Below, in pieces: positions 52,026 through 61,250 of a DNA stretch of 64,000 nt. The stretch lies in contig CAXUHU010000003.1 in the NCBI GenBank assembly GCA_964250925.1, positions 25,327-89,326 of the forward strand, in the 5' to 3' direction. A model generated the notes under the pieces. It did no database searches, was not told where the DNA came from, and saw only the letters and a program-made list of their open reading frames with translations. Source of the DNA: an uncultured Acetobacteraceae bacterium. Lineage in GTDB: Bacteria; Pseudomonadota; Alphaproteobacteria; Acetobacterales; Acetobacteraceae. The position numbers were made by a program, and so were the translations under genes. Position 1 is the first letter of the stretch, and every line of letters starts with the position of its first letter.

Positions 52026-53365
52026 CAGTGCTGATCGACATACGGGTTGGTCGTCCCGCGCCCGTGTATCCGTATCGGCGTTCCAGGCAGATGGAACGTC
52101 TCGCGCAGGCTGTTGACCAAATAACGATGATAATCTTCGGGCATCTGTTCCGCCCGCGTGCCGAACACCAGGAAGGTGGGCGGGCGCGCCTTGGCCTGGG
52201 TGATGTAGCGCAGTTTCAGGCGGCGGCCTTCCACCAGCGGCGGCGGGTGGCGTGCCAAGGCGGTTTCGAACCAGCGGTTCAGAGCGCCGGTGGCAACGCG
52301 GGTATTCCAGACCGTTGCGGCGGCGCGTACAGCCGGCAAAAACTTCTCAACACCGGCGCCGGTCGCGGCCGACAGGGTCACGACGGGGATGCCGCGCATC
52401 TGCGTCATGCTGAACTCCAGCCGGTCGCTGATAGCGCGGCGCGTCTTGTCGCGATCGTCCACCGCATCCCATTTGTTGAGCACCAGGATGCAGGCGCGGC
52501 CTTCGCGCTCCACCAGGCGGGCGATCTGCAGGTCCTGCTCGTGCAGGCCGAGCGGGGCATCGACGGTCAGCGCCACGATCTCGGCCATCTTCAGCGCTTC
52601 GATGCTGGCGCTGACGGACATCTTTTCCAACGCTTCCTCGATGCGCGCGCGCTTTCGCAAGCCCGCGGTATCGACAAGCTCTATGTCGCCCAATGGGTCG
52701 TGCAGGATGGTGCTGACCGCGTCGCGCGTCAGGCCGGGTTCGGGACCGGTGATCATGCGCTCCTCGCCCACCAGGCGATTCAGCAAGGTGGACTTGCCGG
52801 CGTTGGGGCGGCCGACGATGGCGAGTTTCAGCGGCCGGGTGCCTTCGGCCGTCTCACCCTTCTCTGCTTCGGGCGGCAGCGCCTCGGCGATCTCGCGCAT
52901 CAGGTCGGCGATGCCCTCGTTGTGCTCGGCCGAGACGGCGAGCGGGTCGCCCAGGCCCAGAGAGTAGGCCTCCAGCGCGTTGGCCACGCCCATGCGGCCT
53001 TCGGCCTTGTTGGCGACCAGCAGCACGGGGCGGTTCTGGCGGCGGAGCCAGTTGGCGAAGTGCTCGTCGGCCGGCGTGATGCCGATGCGCGCGTCGATGA
53101 CGAAGACGATCAGGTCGGCCTGGCCCACGGCCGCCTCGCTGCTGGCGCGCATGCGGCCGTAGATCGCTTCGGGGTCGCTCTCCTCCAGGCCGGCGGTGTC
53201 CACCAGGCGGACGTTGCGGCCGCGCAGCATGGCTTCAGCGTCCTTTCGGTCGCGGGTGACGCCCGGGGTGTCGGAGACGATGGCGCTGCGTCGTCCGGAG
53301 AGGCGGTTGAAGAGTGTGGACTTGCCGAGGTGGGGGCGGCGGGCGATGACGACGACGGGGAGCAT
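52025..53365 (-). CDS. der: Ribosome biogenesis GTPase Der (EngA)
   Basis: Two GTPase domains (DTAG, GRPNAGKS) and KH-like C-terminus; first P-loop reads ARRPHLGKS. Confidence 0.95.
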   Translation of the reverse strand: MLPVVVIARRPHLGKSTLFNRLSGRRSAIVSDTPGVTRDRKDAEAMLRGRNVRLVDTAGLEESDPEAIYGRMRASSEAAVGQADLIVFVIDARIGITPADEHFANWLRRQNRPVLLVANKAEGRMGVANALEAYSLGLGDPLAVSAEHNEGIADLMREIAEALPPEAEKGETAEGTRPLKLAIVGRPNAGKSTLLNRLVGEERMITGPEPGLTRDAVSTILHDPLGDIELVDTAGLRKRARIEEALEKMSVSASIEALKMAEIVALTVDAPLGLHEQDLQIARLVEREGRACILVLNKWDAVDDRDKTRRAISDRLEFSMTQMRGIPVVTLSAATGAGVEKFLPAVRAAATVWNTRVATGALNRWFETALARHPPPLVEGRRLKLRYITQAKARPPTFLVFGTRAEQMPEDYHRYLVNSLRETFHLPGTPIRIHGRGTTNPYVDQH

Positions 53366-53386
53366 GGTTGCCTGGTCCTAGACGGC

Positions 53387-53513
53387 GGGGGCTCTGCCCC
53401 AGACCCCGCCAAAGGCCAGTCGGCCTCTGGACACCATGAATGGGGTCTGGGGTCGACTGGCCCCGTCGTGCGTAGCACGCTTTGGCGTGACGGGGTCCAG
53501 GGCAGCGCCCTGG
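53387..53513. repeat. GC-rich multi-hairpin REP/MITE-like element
   Basis: GGGGCTCTGCCCCAGACCCC...GGGGTCTGGGGTCGACTGGCCCC...GGGGTCCAGGGCAGCGCCCTGG; related motifs in inverted orientation. Confidence 0.7.
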
Positions 53514-53515
53514 CC

Positions 53516-54895
53516 TTACTTATAAGCGGTCAGCTTAGCATCATCCGTCAGCACAAGCACCGTATCCTGCGCCACGGTCGGCGGCGTGGAAGCCGTGTCG
53601 CTGAGGTTCAGGCTGGCCGCCAGCGCGCCGGAGATCGGGTCCACCACGGCCATCTTGGCGTGGTCGCTGACCAGCACCAGCTTGCCGCCCACCAGCACGG
53701 GGCCGGTCCAGGTGATCAGCCCCTTGCTTCGTTTGGGGTTCTGGAAGCGCGGCAGGTCGGTCACCCAGTGCACGCTGCCGTCGTCGCGGCCCATGGCGGC
53801 CAGTTTCTGTTCGGTGCTGACCAGGTAGAGAATGTCGCCGGCAATCCACGGCGTGTTCGCACCGGCCACGTCGCGCTGCCAGACCCGCCGGCCGGAGCGG
53901 ATGTCGAGGGCGGCCATCAGCCCGCCCAGGCCGATGGCATAGACCAGCCCGTTATCGATGACGGGCCCCGCGCGGACGGAGCCGAAATCCGACAGCGATG
54001 CCTGGCCCTTGATGCCGCCCATGTTGTCGGTCCAGACCAGCGTGCCGCTATCGGCGCGCACCGCCGCCAGGTCGCCTGACTCGAAGCCGGCCACGATCAC
54101 GCCGTTGGCGTAGGCGGGTCCGGCCTGGCCGATCGTGCCGGTGTTGGCCGCGGTTGCCTGGTGCGACCAGATGAATTTCCCGTCGGTGAGGGTGAAGGCC
54201 TGCAACTGCTCGTCCATCGTGATGACGAACAGGCTGCCCTCGGCGATGGTCGGCGCGCTACGCGCCGGCGACGTAAGCGCCGCACGCCAGATCACCTGGC
54301 CATCGGCTAGGCTTAGACACAGCGCCTCCGCCCGGCCGGTGACAGCGTAAAGACGGTCGCCCTCGATGGCGATGCCGCCGCCCAGGTTGCTGTTGCGTGC
54401 CTTTTTCGGCTTGGTCACGGTGCGCCAGCCATGGCTGCCACTGGCCAGGTCGAACGATGCGACCACGCCATCGGAGTCCATGGTGAACACGCGGCCGCCG
54501 GAGACGAGCGGTTGGGCGGTGATGCGGGCGCGGTAGGCGCCGCCCTCGCCGATGGAGGTCGCCCAGGCCCGGGTCAGGCCGCCGGCCAGGTTGCCGCCGA
54601 CATGGCTGACAACACCGCCATACTGAAGCCAGTCAACGTTGGTCACCGCAGGGGGCAAGGTGACAGGTTCGACCGAATCGACCGACAGGCCGCGCAAGCT
54701 CGCCAGCACGGGTTCCCGGTTTCCGGGGACCGCCTTCTTCTCCTCGTCGGTCAGCCAGTCGAACCAGCTGCAGCCCGACAGCGCCGGCAGCATAAGCGGC
54801 AGCAGCAGAGCAGAGCGCCGCGATAGGCCCTGCGTTCTGGATAGGCGCGGGTCTGCAAGGGTCACGCGATCATCCAGGGTCACTCGATCATCCAT
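53516..54895 (-). CDS. bamB: PQQ-like beta-propeller outer-membrane lipoprotein (BamB-like)
   Basis: Lipobox LSGC, repeated W-containing blades; between the yfgM-like gene and der. Confidence 0.88.
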   Translation of the reverse strand: MDDRVTLDDRVTLADPRLSRTQGLSRRSALLLPLMLPALSGCSWFDWLTDEEKKAVPGNREPVLASLRGLSVDSVEPVTLPPAVTNVDWLQYGGVVSHVGGNLAGGLTRAWATSIGEGGAYRARITAQPLVSGGRVFTMDSDGVVASFDLASGSHGWRTVTKPKKARNSNLGGGIAIEGDRLYAVTGRAEALCLSLADGQVIWRAALTSPARSAPTIAEGSLFVITMDEQLQAFTLTDGKFIWSHQATAANTGTIGQAGPAYANGVIVAGFESGDLAAVRADSGTLVWTDNMGGIKGQASLSDFGSVRAGPVIDNGLVYAIGLGGLMAALDIRSGRRVWQRDVAGANTPWIAGDILYLVSTEQKLAAMGRDDGSVHWVTDLPRFQNPKRSKGLITWTGPVLVGGKLVLVSDHAKMAVVDPISGALAASLNLSDTASTPPTVAQDTVLVLTDDAKLTAYK

Positions 54896-55619
54896 GGGGT
54901 GCCGCCTGGGCGGCGGGCGGCGTGGTGATGGCGGGCGCGGCCGGTGCGGGCAAGGTGCTCAGCAAGTCTGCGGCCATCCCGCGTATACCTTCTGGCACGA
55001 GCGGCCCCGCTGCCAGCCGCTGCAGGATGGCGCCAGCCTCGCGCGGGTGGCCGGTGCGCAGATCGATCAACGCGATCTCCTGCTCGGCCATCGGTGCCCA
55101 GCGGTTGCCAGGCCCGGTCAGGGATTGAAGCCGCTGCTTCAGCAGCACGGGATCGCCGCGATCGGCCATGTGCTGTGCGCTGGTCAGTGTGGCCAGGTCG
55201 CGCAGCAGCGCCGGCGCAGCAGTGTCGTCGGTCACCGACTGCCAGGTGGCCACGGCCTGCTGGCGCTGGCCCGTCTGCCACTGCAATGCCGCCAGGCGCA
55301 ACCGGGCGAGCACGCGGTAGCCGGCCGGTCCGGTCCGGCCGATCTCGCCCAGCATGTGTGCGGCCTGGGCCGTGTCGGCGTCTTGCGTGCCGGCCAGCGG
55401 GCTTGCGGCCGCCCGGTCGGCCAGGCGCGCTGCGTCGATGAACCGGTCGGCAACCGCGTTGACGGATGCGATGCTGCGTTGCTGCCAGTACACGTAGGCG
55501 CCGGTGCCGGCCAGTATCAGGACCATGATCGCGACCAATGCGCCCCAATAACGCCGGCCCAGCGCACGAGCGCGGTCGGCGCGGAGATCTTCCTCCACCT
55601 CGTCGAAAATGTCGGGCAA
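54888..55619 (-). CDS. YfgM-like TPR membrane-anchored ancillary protein
   Basis: DIFDEVEEDLR, single TM, TPR-like helices; conserved yfgM-bamB-der order. Confidence 0.88.
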   Translation of the reverse strand: MPDIFDEVEEDLRADRARALGRRYWGALVAIMVLILAGTGAYVYWQQRSIASVNAVADRFIDAARLADRAAASPLAGTQDADTAQAAHMLGEIGRTGPAGYRVLARLRLAALQWQTGQRQQAVATWQSVTDDTAAPALLRDLATLTSAQHMADRGDPVLLKQRLQSLTGPGNRWAPMAEQEIALIDLRTGHPREAGAILQRLAAGPLVPEGIRGMAADLLSTLPAPAAPAITTPPAAQAAPHG

Positions 55620-55822
55620 CGCTGGCAGGTCCTACGGGCGATTGGCGCCGGACCATAGCGGCGCGTGTCGCCCGGGGAAACCCCTGGGCCAGCGCGCCCG
55701 GCTGTCCAGCCCCAACCTGCCCGGAGAGAGCGCACCCATGCCGGCATCTGCCGTCCGGAGATAGGTGATCACATCGAGCCCGCCCCGTGGTAACGCTCGC
55801 CTGCCAGCTACGGACAGCCAAC

Positions 55823-57196
55823 ATGAACGACGCCGACACCGCCACCGCGCTGCGCGCGCGCAACGCGCGCCACCACATCCACCCTTTCAGCGACATGGCC
55901 TCGCTGAACGCAGAGGGCGTGCGGATCATCACCCATGCCGAAGGCGTGTGGCTTCGCGACATCGAAGGCCGGCGCTTCCTGGACGGGTTTTCCGGGCTGT
56001 GGAACGTGGCCGTCGGCTACGGACGGCACGAAATCGCCGAAGCCGTGAACGCACAGCTGCTGCAGCTGCCGTTCTACAACAAGTTCTTCAAATCCACGAC
56101 CATCCCGGTGATCGAATTGGCCGAGATGCTGGGCGACCTGGCACCCGGCTTCACCCGCACCTTCTTCACCAACTCGGGCTCGGAAGCCAACGACACGATC
56201 ATCCGCATGGTGCGCCACTACTGGCAACTGCGCGGGCAGCCCGCCAAGACGCAGTTCGTGGCACGGCGCAACGGCTATCATGGCAGCACGGTGGGCGGCG
56301 CCAGCCTGGGCGGCATGGATTGGATGCACAAGCAGGGCGGGTTGCCGATCCCCGGCGTGATCCACGTGGCGCAGCCCTGGTGGTGGGGCGAGGGCGGCGA
56401 CATGACCCCGGACGCGTTCGGCCTGTGGGCGGCCGGCGAGGTGGCGCGCGCCATCGACGCGGTGGGCGCCGAGACCGTAGCCGCCTTCATCGGCGAGCCG
56501 GTGCAGGGGGCGGGCGGCGTGATCATGCCACCCGACACGTACTGGCCGGAGGTGGAGCGCATCTGCCGCGAACGCGACGTGCTGATCGTCAGCGACGAGG
56601 TGATCTGCGGCTTCGGCCGGCTGGGCACCTGGTTCGGCAGCCAGCATTACAGCTTTGCGCCCGACCTGATGACGATCGCCAAGGGCCTCACCTCGGGCTA
56701 CCTGCCCATGGGTGGCGTGATGGTGGCCGACCACGTGGCCGACGTGCTGGCAGCCGGCGGCGACTTCTTCCACGGCTACACGACCAGCGGCCACCCCGTC
56801 TGCGCGGCCGCAGCGATCGCCAACCTCGGCATTCTGCAGCGCGAGGGGCTGGTCGAGCGTGTGCGCAACGTGATCGGTCCCTACCTCGCCCAACGCTGGC
56901 TGGCGCTGGCCGACCATCCGTTGGTGGGCGAGGCGCGCATGGTCGGGCTGATGGGCGCCTTGGAACTGACGCCCGACAAGGTTTTGCGCGCACGGTTTCC
57001 CAAGAGCGGCGAGGCCGGCACGATCTGCCGCGACGTCGCCTACGGCGCAGGGCTGATCCTGCGCGCGACCGGCGACTGCATGCTGGCCGCACCCCCCTTC
57101 GTGCTGAGCGAGGCAGAAGCCGACATGCTGGTGGAGCGCACGCGCCAGGCGCTGGACGGCACGCTGGAGGCGATGCGCCGGCGCGGCTGGATGTGA
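55823..57196 (+). CDS. Class III PLP aminotransferase (SpuC/putrescine-pyruvate type)
   Basis: FTNSGSEAND, YHGST, EPVQGAGG, DEVICGFGR, AKGLTSGY. Confidence 0.92.
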   Translation: MNDADTATALRARNARHHIHPFSDMASLNAEGVRIITHAEGVWLRDIEGRRFLDGFSGLWNVAVGYGRHEIAEAVNAQLLQLPFYNKFFKSTTIPVIELAEMLGDLAPGFTRTFFTNSGSEANDTIIRMVRHYWQLRGQPAKTQFVARRNGYHGSTVGGASLGGMDWMHKQGGLPIPGVIHVAQPWWWGEGGDMTPDAFGLWAAGEVARAIDAVGAETVAAFIGEPVQGAGGVIMPPDTYWPEVERICRERDVLIVSDEVICGFGRLGTWFGSQHYSFAPDLMTIAKGLTSGYLPMGGVMVADHVADVLAAGGDFFHGYTTSGHPVCAAAAIANLGILQREGLVERVRNVIGPYLAQRWLALADHPLVGEARMVGLMGALELTPDKVLRARFPKSGEAGTICRDVAYGAGLILRATGDCMLAAPPFVLSEAEADMLVERTRQALDGTLEAMRRRGWM

Positions 57197-57242
57197 GAAC
57201 GAACCTGCTGTAGCGTCGTTCCCAACAGCAGCAGGCGCCACC

Positions 57243-57689
57243 ATGCACAGCACACCCAAGCGGATGTCCAGGCTGGTGGCACCGGCGCTGGGCCTCGCCT
57301 TGTCGGCGTGCCACCCACCGGGCCAGCCCCAAGCGGCGACCGGAACGGCACCCCCGCCGGCCAGCCCGGCGATCCAGGACGTGCTGAACCTCTACTCCGG
57401 GTCGCTGACCGGGCTGGTGGTGGGCGCCGGCCCGGATGGCGGCAATCCGGGCGCGCATCTGCCCGGCTTGTCGTTCGTGCCCAACTCGGGGCTTCCGCAA
57501 ACCTACATCTGGGCGTTCACGCCGGATGCCACGATCCTGGATCGCGACTGCCACAAGATCACGGTGACCCAGGCGATCAACATCGCCCAGGCGCCGATCG
57601 CGAACGCGGCCCGCTTCGAGGCTGGGACGTCCACCCGGGTGCAGCTCTGGGCCAAAAGCGGTGGCACGCCGCCAGCTTGCGGAACCTGA
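57243..57689 (+). CDS. Hypothetical lipoprotein
   Basis: Lipobox LSAC after a hydrophobic stretch; no family recognised. Confidence 0.6.
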   Translation: MHSTPKRMSRLVAPALGLALSACHPPGQPQAATGTAPPPASPAIQDVLNLYSGSLTGLVVGAGPDGGNPGAHLPGLSFVPNSGLPQTYIWAFTPDATILDRDCHKITVTQAINIAQAPIANAARFEAGTSTRVQLWAKSGGTPPACGT

Positions 57690-57725
57690 CGCCGCTTGAC
57701 CCCACTTAGATGGCTGGAGAACGCC

Positions 57726-58100
57726 GTGACACGACTGCTTACCGCCTTTGCCTGCCTGATCGCAGCACCCGCCCTGGCCGACACCGCCTGCAACCATCCC
57801 AACAACGATTTCGACGGCCTGTACTGTCTCAACAAGATCTACCAGCAGGCCGATGCCGACCTGAACACGGAGTACGGCAAGCTGCACGCCAAGCTCGACA
57901 GCCAGGGGCGGTCGCTGCTGAAGACCGGTCAGCTCACCTGGATCGGCTTGCGCAACGAGCAGTGCAGCCGAAGCATGGACGGCAACTTCTACGTCAACCT
58001 GCAATGCGCCACGCACGTCACCATCGAGCGCACGCAGTTCCTGCAGGACCGTACCCGCGAGTGCATCAGCGCCGGATGCCTGAACAGCAAGCTGAACTAG
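57726..58100 (+). CDS. LprI/DUF1311 lysozyme-inhibitor-like exported protein
   Basis: Signal peptide, C...ADADLN..Y..L...Q..WI..RN..C pattern. Confidence 0.8.
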   Translation: MTRLLTAFACLIAAPALADTACNHPNNDFDGLYCLNKIYQQADADLNTEYGKLHAKLDSQGRSLLKTGQLTWIGLRNEQCSRSMDGNFYVNLQCATHVTIERTQFLQDRTRECISAGCLNSKLN

Positions 58101-58102
58101 CG

Positions 58103-58690
58103 GTGGCCGAACATACGCTGACACGCGCGCTGACGGCCGCGATCATGCACAGCACCGAGCCGATGGTGCTGACCGATGCAACATCGCCCGAGCAGCCGAT
58201 GATCGCGATCAACGCCGCCTTTGGAGCGATGTCCGGCTACCCGGACTCGGAAACGCTGGGCCGTAACTGCCGCTTCCTGCAGGGACCGGGCACCGACCCG
58301 CTCACCCCGGCCCGGATCGGCGCCTGCATTGCCGAGAAGCGCGGCTGCATCGAGTGGGTGGTGAACTACCGGCGCGACGGCACCATGTTCTGGAACCTGC
58401 TGTTCATTTCGCCTGTGTTCGCGCGCGACGGAACGCTGCTGCATTACTTCGGCAACCAGCGCGACATCACCGAGGGCCCGCCCGCCGCACTGCCGGACTA
58501 CACGCTCGGCCGCGCAGACATGCCGCCGCAGGGAGAGATGGAGTTCCACGCCTTGCTGCTCGGCCTGCTCGGCGAGGAGCCTAATGAGGAGGATTCGGCC
58601 CGCAGGCTGGAGGACCTGGTGGAAGCCGCCCGCCGGTTCGACCGCGTGACGACGCAGCTTCGGCCAGTGCCCTGGTCAATGCCGCGCTGA
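58103..58690 (+). CDS. Short LOV-domain blue-light photoreceptor
   Basis: GRNCRFLQG, NYRRDG, FWN, GNQRD flavin-binding residues; short helical C-terminal tail, no effector domain. Confidence 0.9.
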   Translation: MAEHTLTRALTAAIMHSTEPMVLTDATSPEQPMIAINAAFGAMSGYPDSETLGRNCRFLQGPGTDPLTPARIGACIAEKRGCIEWVVNYRRDGTMFWNLLFISPVFARDGTLLHYFGNQRDITEGPPAALPDYTLGRADMPPQGEMEFHALLLGLLGEEPNEEDSARRLEDLVEAARRFDRVTTQLRPVPWSMPR

Positions 58691-58826
58691 TCCCTGGCCG
58701 TGATGAACGGCGGGGTTCTCCGGATACGGCACTATCAGCCCTGCTGGCCCACATGGTCGCTCACGGCTGGCGCACCCACGCGCCGGTATCTTGGCCTTGC
58801 CTGGCGCAAATGGCAGGATGCGGGCC

Positions 58827-59087
58827 ATGGGGGATAGGGTGCTGGACGCGAAAGGCCTGAACTGCCCGTTGCCCGTGCTGCGCGCCAACCGTGCGTTGCG
58901 CGGCCTGGCGCCGGGCGAGCGGCTGCGCGTACTGGCGACCGACCGCGCCTCGGTAAGCGACTTCCGCGCTTTCTGCCGGGAGACGGGACACGACCTGCTC
59001 GCCTTCAGCGAGGAGGCCGGCGTGTTCAGCTTCACCATCCGCCGCCGTCCGCTGCGGCCCGAGGAATTGGCGGAGCCGTCGCCGTGA
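58827..59087 (+). CDS. TusA/SirA family sulfurtransferase
   Basis: LDAKGLNCPLPVL. Confidence 0.9.
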   Translation: MGDRVLDAKGLNCPLPVLRANRALRGLAPGERLRVLATDRASVSDFRAFCRETGHDLLAFSEEAGVFSFTIRRRPLRPEELAEPSP

Positions 59088-60001
59088 GGCGGGTGGCGCT
59101 GATCACCCACCTGGCCTGCCTGACACACGATCCGGGCGGCGGCCATGCCGAGTGCCCGGACCGGTTGCGCGCGGTGCTGGGCGCGCTGGAACATCCCGAC
59201 TTCATCAACCTACTGCGCGAGCAGGCGCCGATGGCCACGCGCGAACAGCTTTGCCTGGCTCACCCCGCCGCCTACGTAGACGCGATCCTGGCGCTCGACC
59301 CGCCGGAGGGCGAAATCCTGGCGCTCGACGCGGACACCTTCGTGGGTCACGGCAGCGTTGCCGCCGCGCGCCACGCCGCCGGCGGTGCGATCGCCGCTGT
59401 GGACGCGGTCATGGAAGGCTGGGCCGATACGGCGTTCGCCGCCGTGCGCCCGCCCGGCCACCATGCCGAGGCGCGCCGGGCGATGGGGTTCTGCCTGTTC
59501 GGCAGCGTGGCTGTCGCTGCCTACCACGCCCGCGCACGCTGGGGGCTGCGGCGCGTCGCCGTGGTGGATTTCGACGTGCACCACGGCAACGGCACACAGC
59601 ATATGTTTCAGGCAGACCCGGACCTGTTCTACGCCAGCAGCCATCAGATGCCGTGCTACCCCGGCACCGGGGCGGCAAGCGAGACGGGCGTGGGCAACAT
59701 CGTCAACCTGCCGCTGCACCCGGGCGACGGCGGCAGCGCGTTTCGGCATGCATGGACAAGGACTGGGCTGCCGGCGTTGCGCGCGTTCGCGCCCGAGCTG
59801 CTGATCGTGTCGGCCGGCTTCGACGCCCATGCGGACGACCCGCTGGCGCAGTTGACGCTGCAGACGGAAGATTTCGGCTGGATCACCGACGAGTTGATGG
59901 CGTCGTGCGGCCGTGTCGTCTCGGTGTTGGAAGGCGGTTACGACTTGCAGGCGCTGGCCGCTTCCGCCGCGCTGCACGTTCGGCACCTCATCGCCCAGTA
60001 A
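59084..60001 (+). CDS. Histone deacetylase family protein
   Basis: HAECPDRL, RPPGHHA, DFDVHHGNGT, SAGFDAH, LEGGY. Confidence 0.93.
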   Translation: MRRVALITHLACLTHDPGGGHAECPDRLRAVLGALEHPDFINLLREQAPMATREQLCLAHPAAYVDAILALDPPEGEILALDADTFVGHGSVAAARHAAGGAIAAVDAVMEGWADTAFAAVRPPGHHAEARRAMGFCLFGSVAVAAYHARARWGLRRVAVVDFDVHHGNGTQHMFQADPDLFYASSHQMPCYPGTGAASETGVGNIVNLPLHPGDGGSAFRHAWTRTGLPALRAFAPELLIVSAGFDAHADDPLAQLTLQTEDFGWITDELMASCGRVVSVLEGGYDLQALAASAALHVRHLIAQ

Positions 60002-60043
60002 GCGCTGCCGCGGCTCGGATTGCGCCTCGCGTTACGAAGGGGA

Positions 60044-61129
60044 TCAAGCCGGCAAGGTCCTCTCGCCCTCGCCCACCCACTCCCGCCAGAGCAGGATCAG
60101 CGCGGCCATGACCGCCGGCCCCAGGAACAGCCCGATCAACCCGAACGCCTCCACGCCGCCCAGGATTCCCAGGAGCACCCACAGGAAGGGCAGCTTGGTC
60201 GACCCGCCGATCAGCACCGGGCGGACGAAATGGTCGGCGATAAAGGTGGTGGCCATGCCGAGGCAGAACACGCCGATGCCCCAGGCCAGCGAGCCTGTCG
60301 CGGCCAGCAGAAGCGAGGCGATGCCGAACACCACGGGGGCGGCGAACGGGACCATGGCGGCCAGAGCGGTCAGCGCGCCGAACACGGTGGGATGCGGCAC
60401 GCCGGCAACCGCATAGGCCACGCCCAGCAGCACACCCTCGCCCAGGCCCACCAGCACCAGCCCATTCACCGTGCCGTGGACGGAGGCGATGATCTGTAGG
60501 CCTACCCGTTCGCCGCCGGGCCCAAAGGCGCGCTTGCCGGCGCGGCGCAGCTGCTGGGTCAGATGGTGGCCCTCGCGGAACAGGAAGAACAGCGTCAGCA
60601 AGGTGAACACGAACAGGGTGGAACGGCGTGCGACCTGGCCCGCGATCATCCGGCTGGTGCTTTCCACGCGGCCATGCGTCGTGCGTTCCAGCAGCGCGCG
60701 GGCGCTTCCCGGGTCGGCCAGGTTGTGCTGCCACCAGGTTTCCACCTGTTGCTGGCCGGCCGGCAGCTTGTGCACCAGGTCCGGCACCGGGATGCCGTTT
60801 TCCTGGGCGTTGCGGGCCCAGTCTGCCGCCTGGTGCGCCTCGCGCGCCAGCTGGAACCCCACCAGCGCCAGCGGCACGATGAACACGAGCGCCACGGCCA
60901 GGGTGAACACGCTGGGCCACAGGACACCCCGGCCTTCCCCGAAGCGGTGCACCAAGCGCCGGTAAGACGGCCATAGCGCGATGGCGAAGATGCTGGCCCA
61001 GGCGAGCGCGCTGATGAAGTCGCGCAGCGTGTAGAGGCCGAGCAGGACCAGCAGGAAGGCGAGGATGCCGAACGCGGTGTGCTGAGCGCGTGTGCCGCCG
61101 TCGGGCGGTTCGTAGGGGCTGCTGTCCAT
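60044..61129 (-). CDS. AI-2E family transporter
   Basis: Multiple TM helices, DHFVRP, FGLIGLFLGP. Confidence 0.9.
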   Translation of the reverse strand: MDSSPYEPPDGGTRAQHTAFGILAFLLVLLGLYTLRDFISALAWASIFAIALWPSYRRLVHRFGEGRGVLWPSVFTLAVALVFIVPLALVGFQLAREAHQAADWARNAQENGIPVPDLVHKLPAGQQQVETWWQHNLADPGSARALLERTTHGRVESTSRMIAGQVARRSTLFVFTLLTLFFLFREGHHLTQQLRRAGKRAFGPGGERVGLQIIASVHGTVNGLVLVGLGEGVLLGVAYAVAGVPHPTVFGALTALAAMVPFAAPVVFGIASLLLAATGSLAWGIGVFCLGMATTFIADHFVRPVLIGGSTKLPFLWVLLGILGGVEAFGLIGLFLGPAVMAALILLWREWVGEGERTLPA

Positions 61130-61250
61130 GGGACCGAGCTTCCCGTGCGGGGGCGGCGTTTGGCAAGCCGGTCGACGCCGGACTCGGGATGCCGCCCGTT
61201 TGGAAACACGCTACAGGCTGCGAGGCAGTCGGCTATCCGATGGAGGAACG

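Noticed and set aside
54857-54895. 18-bp imperfect tandem duplication encoding DDRVTL-DDRVTL at the BamB-like N-terminus
   Set aside because: It is real but in-frame, lies before the signal peptide, and probably has little consequence.
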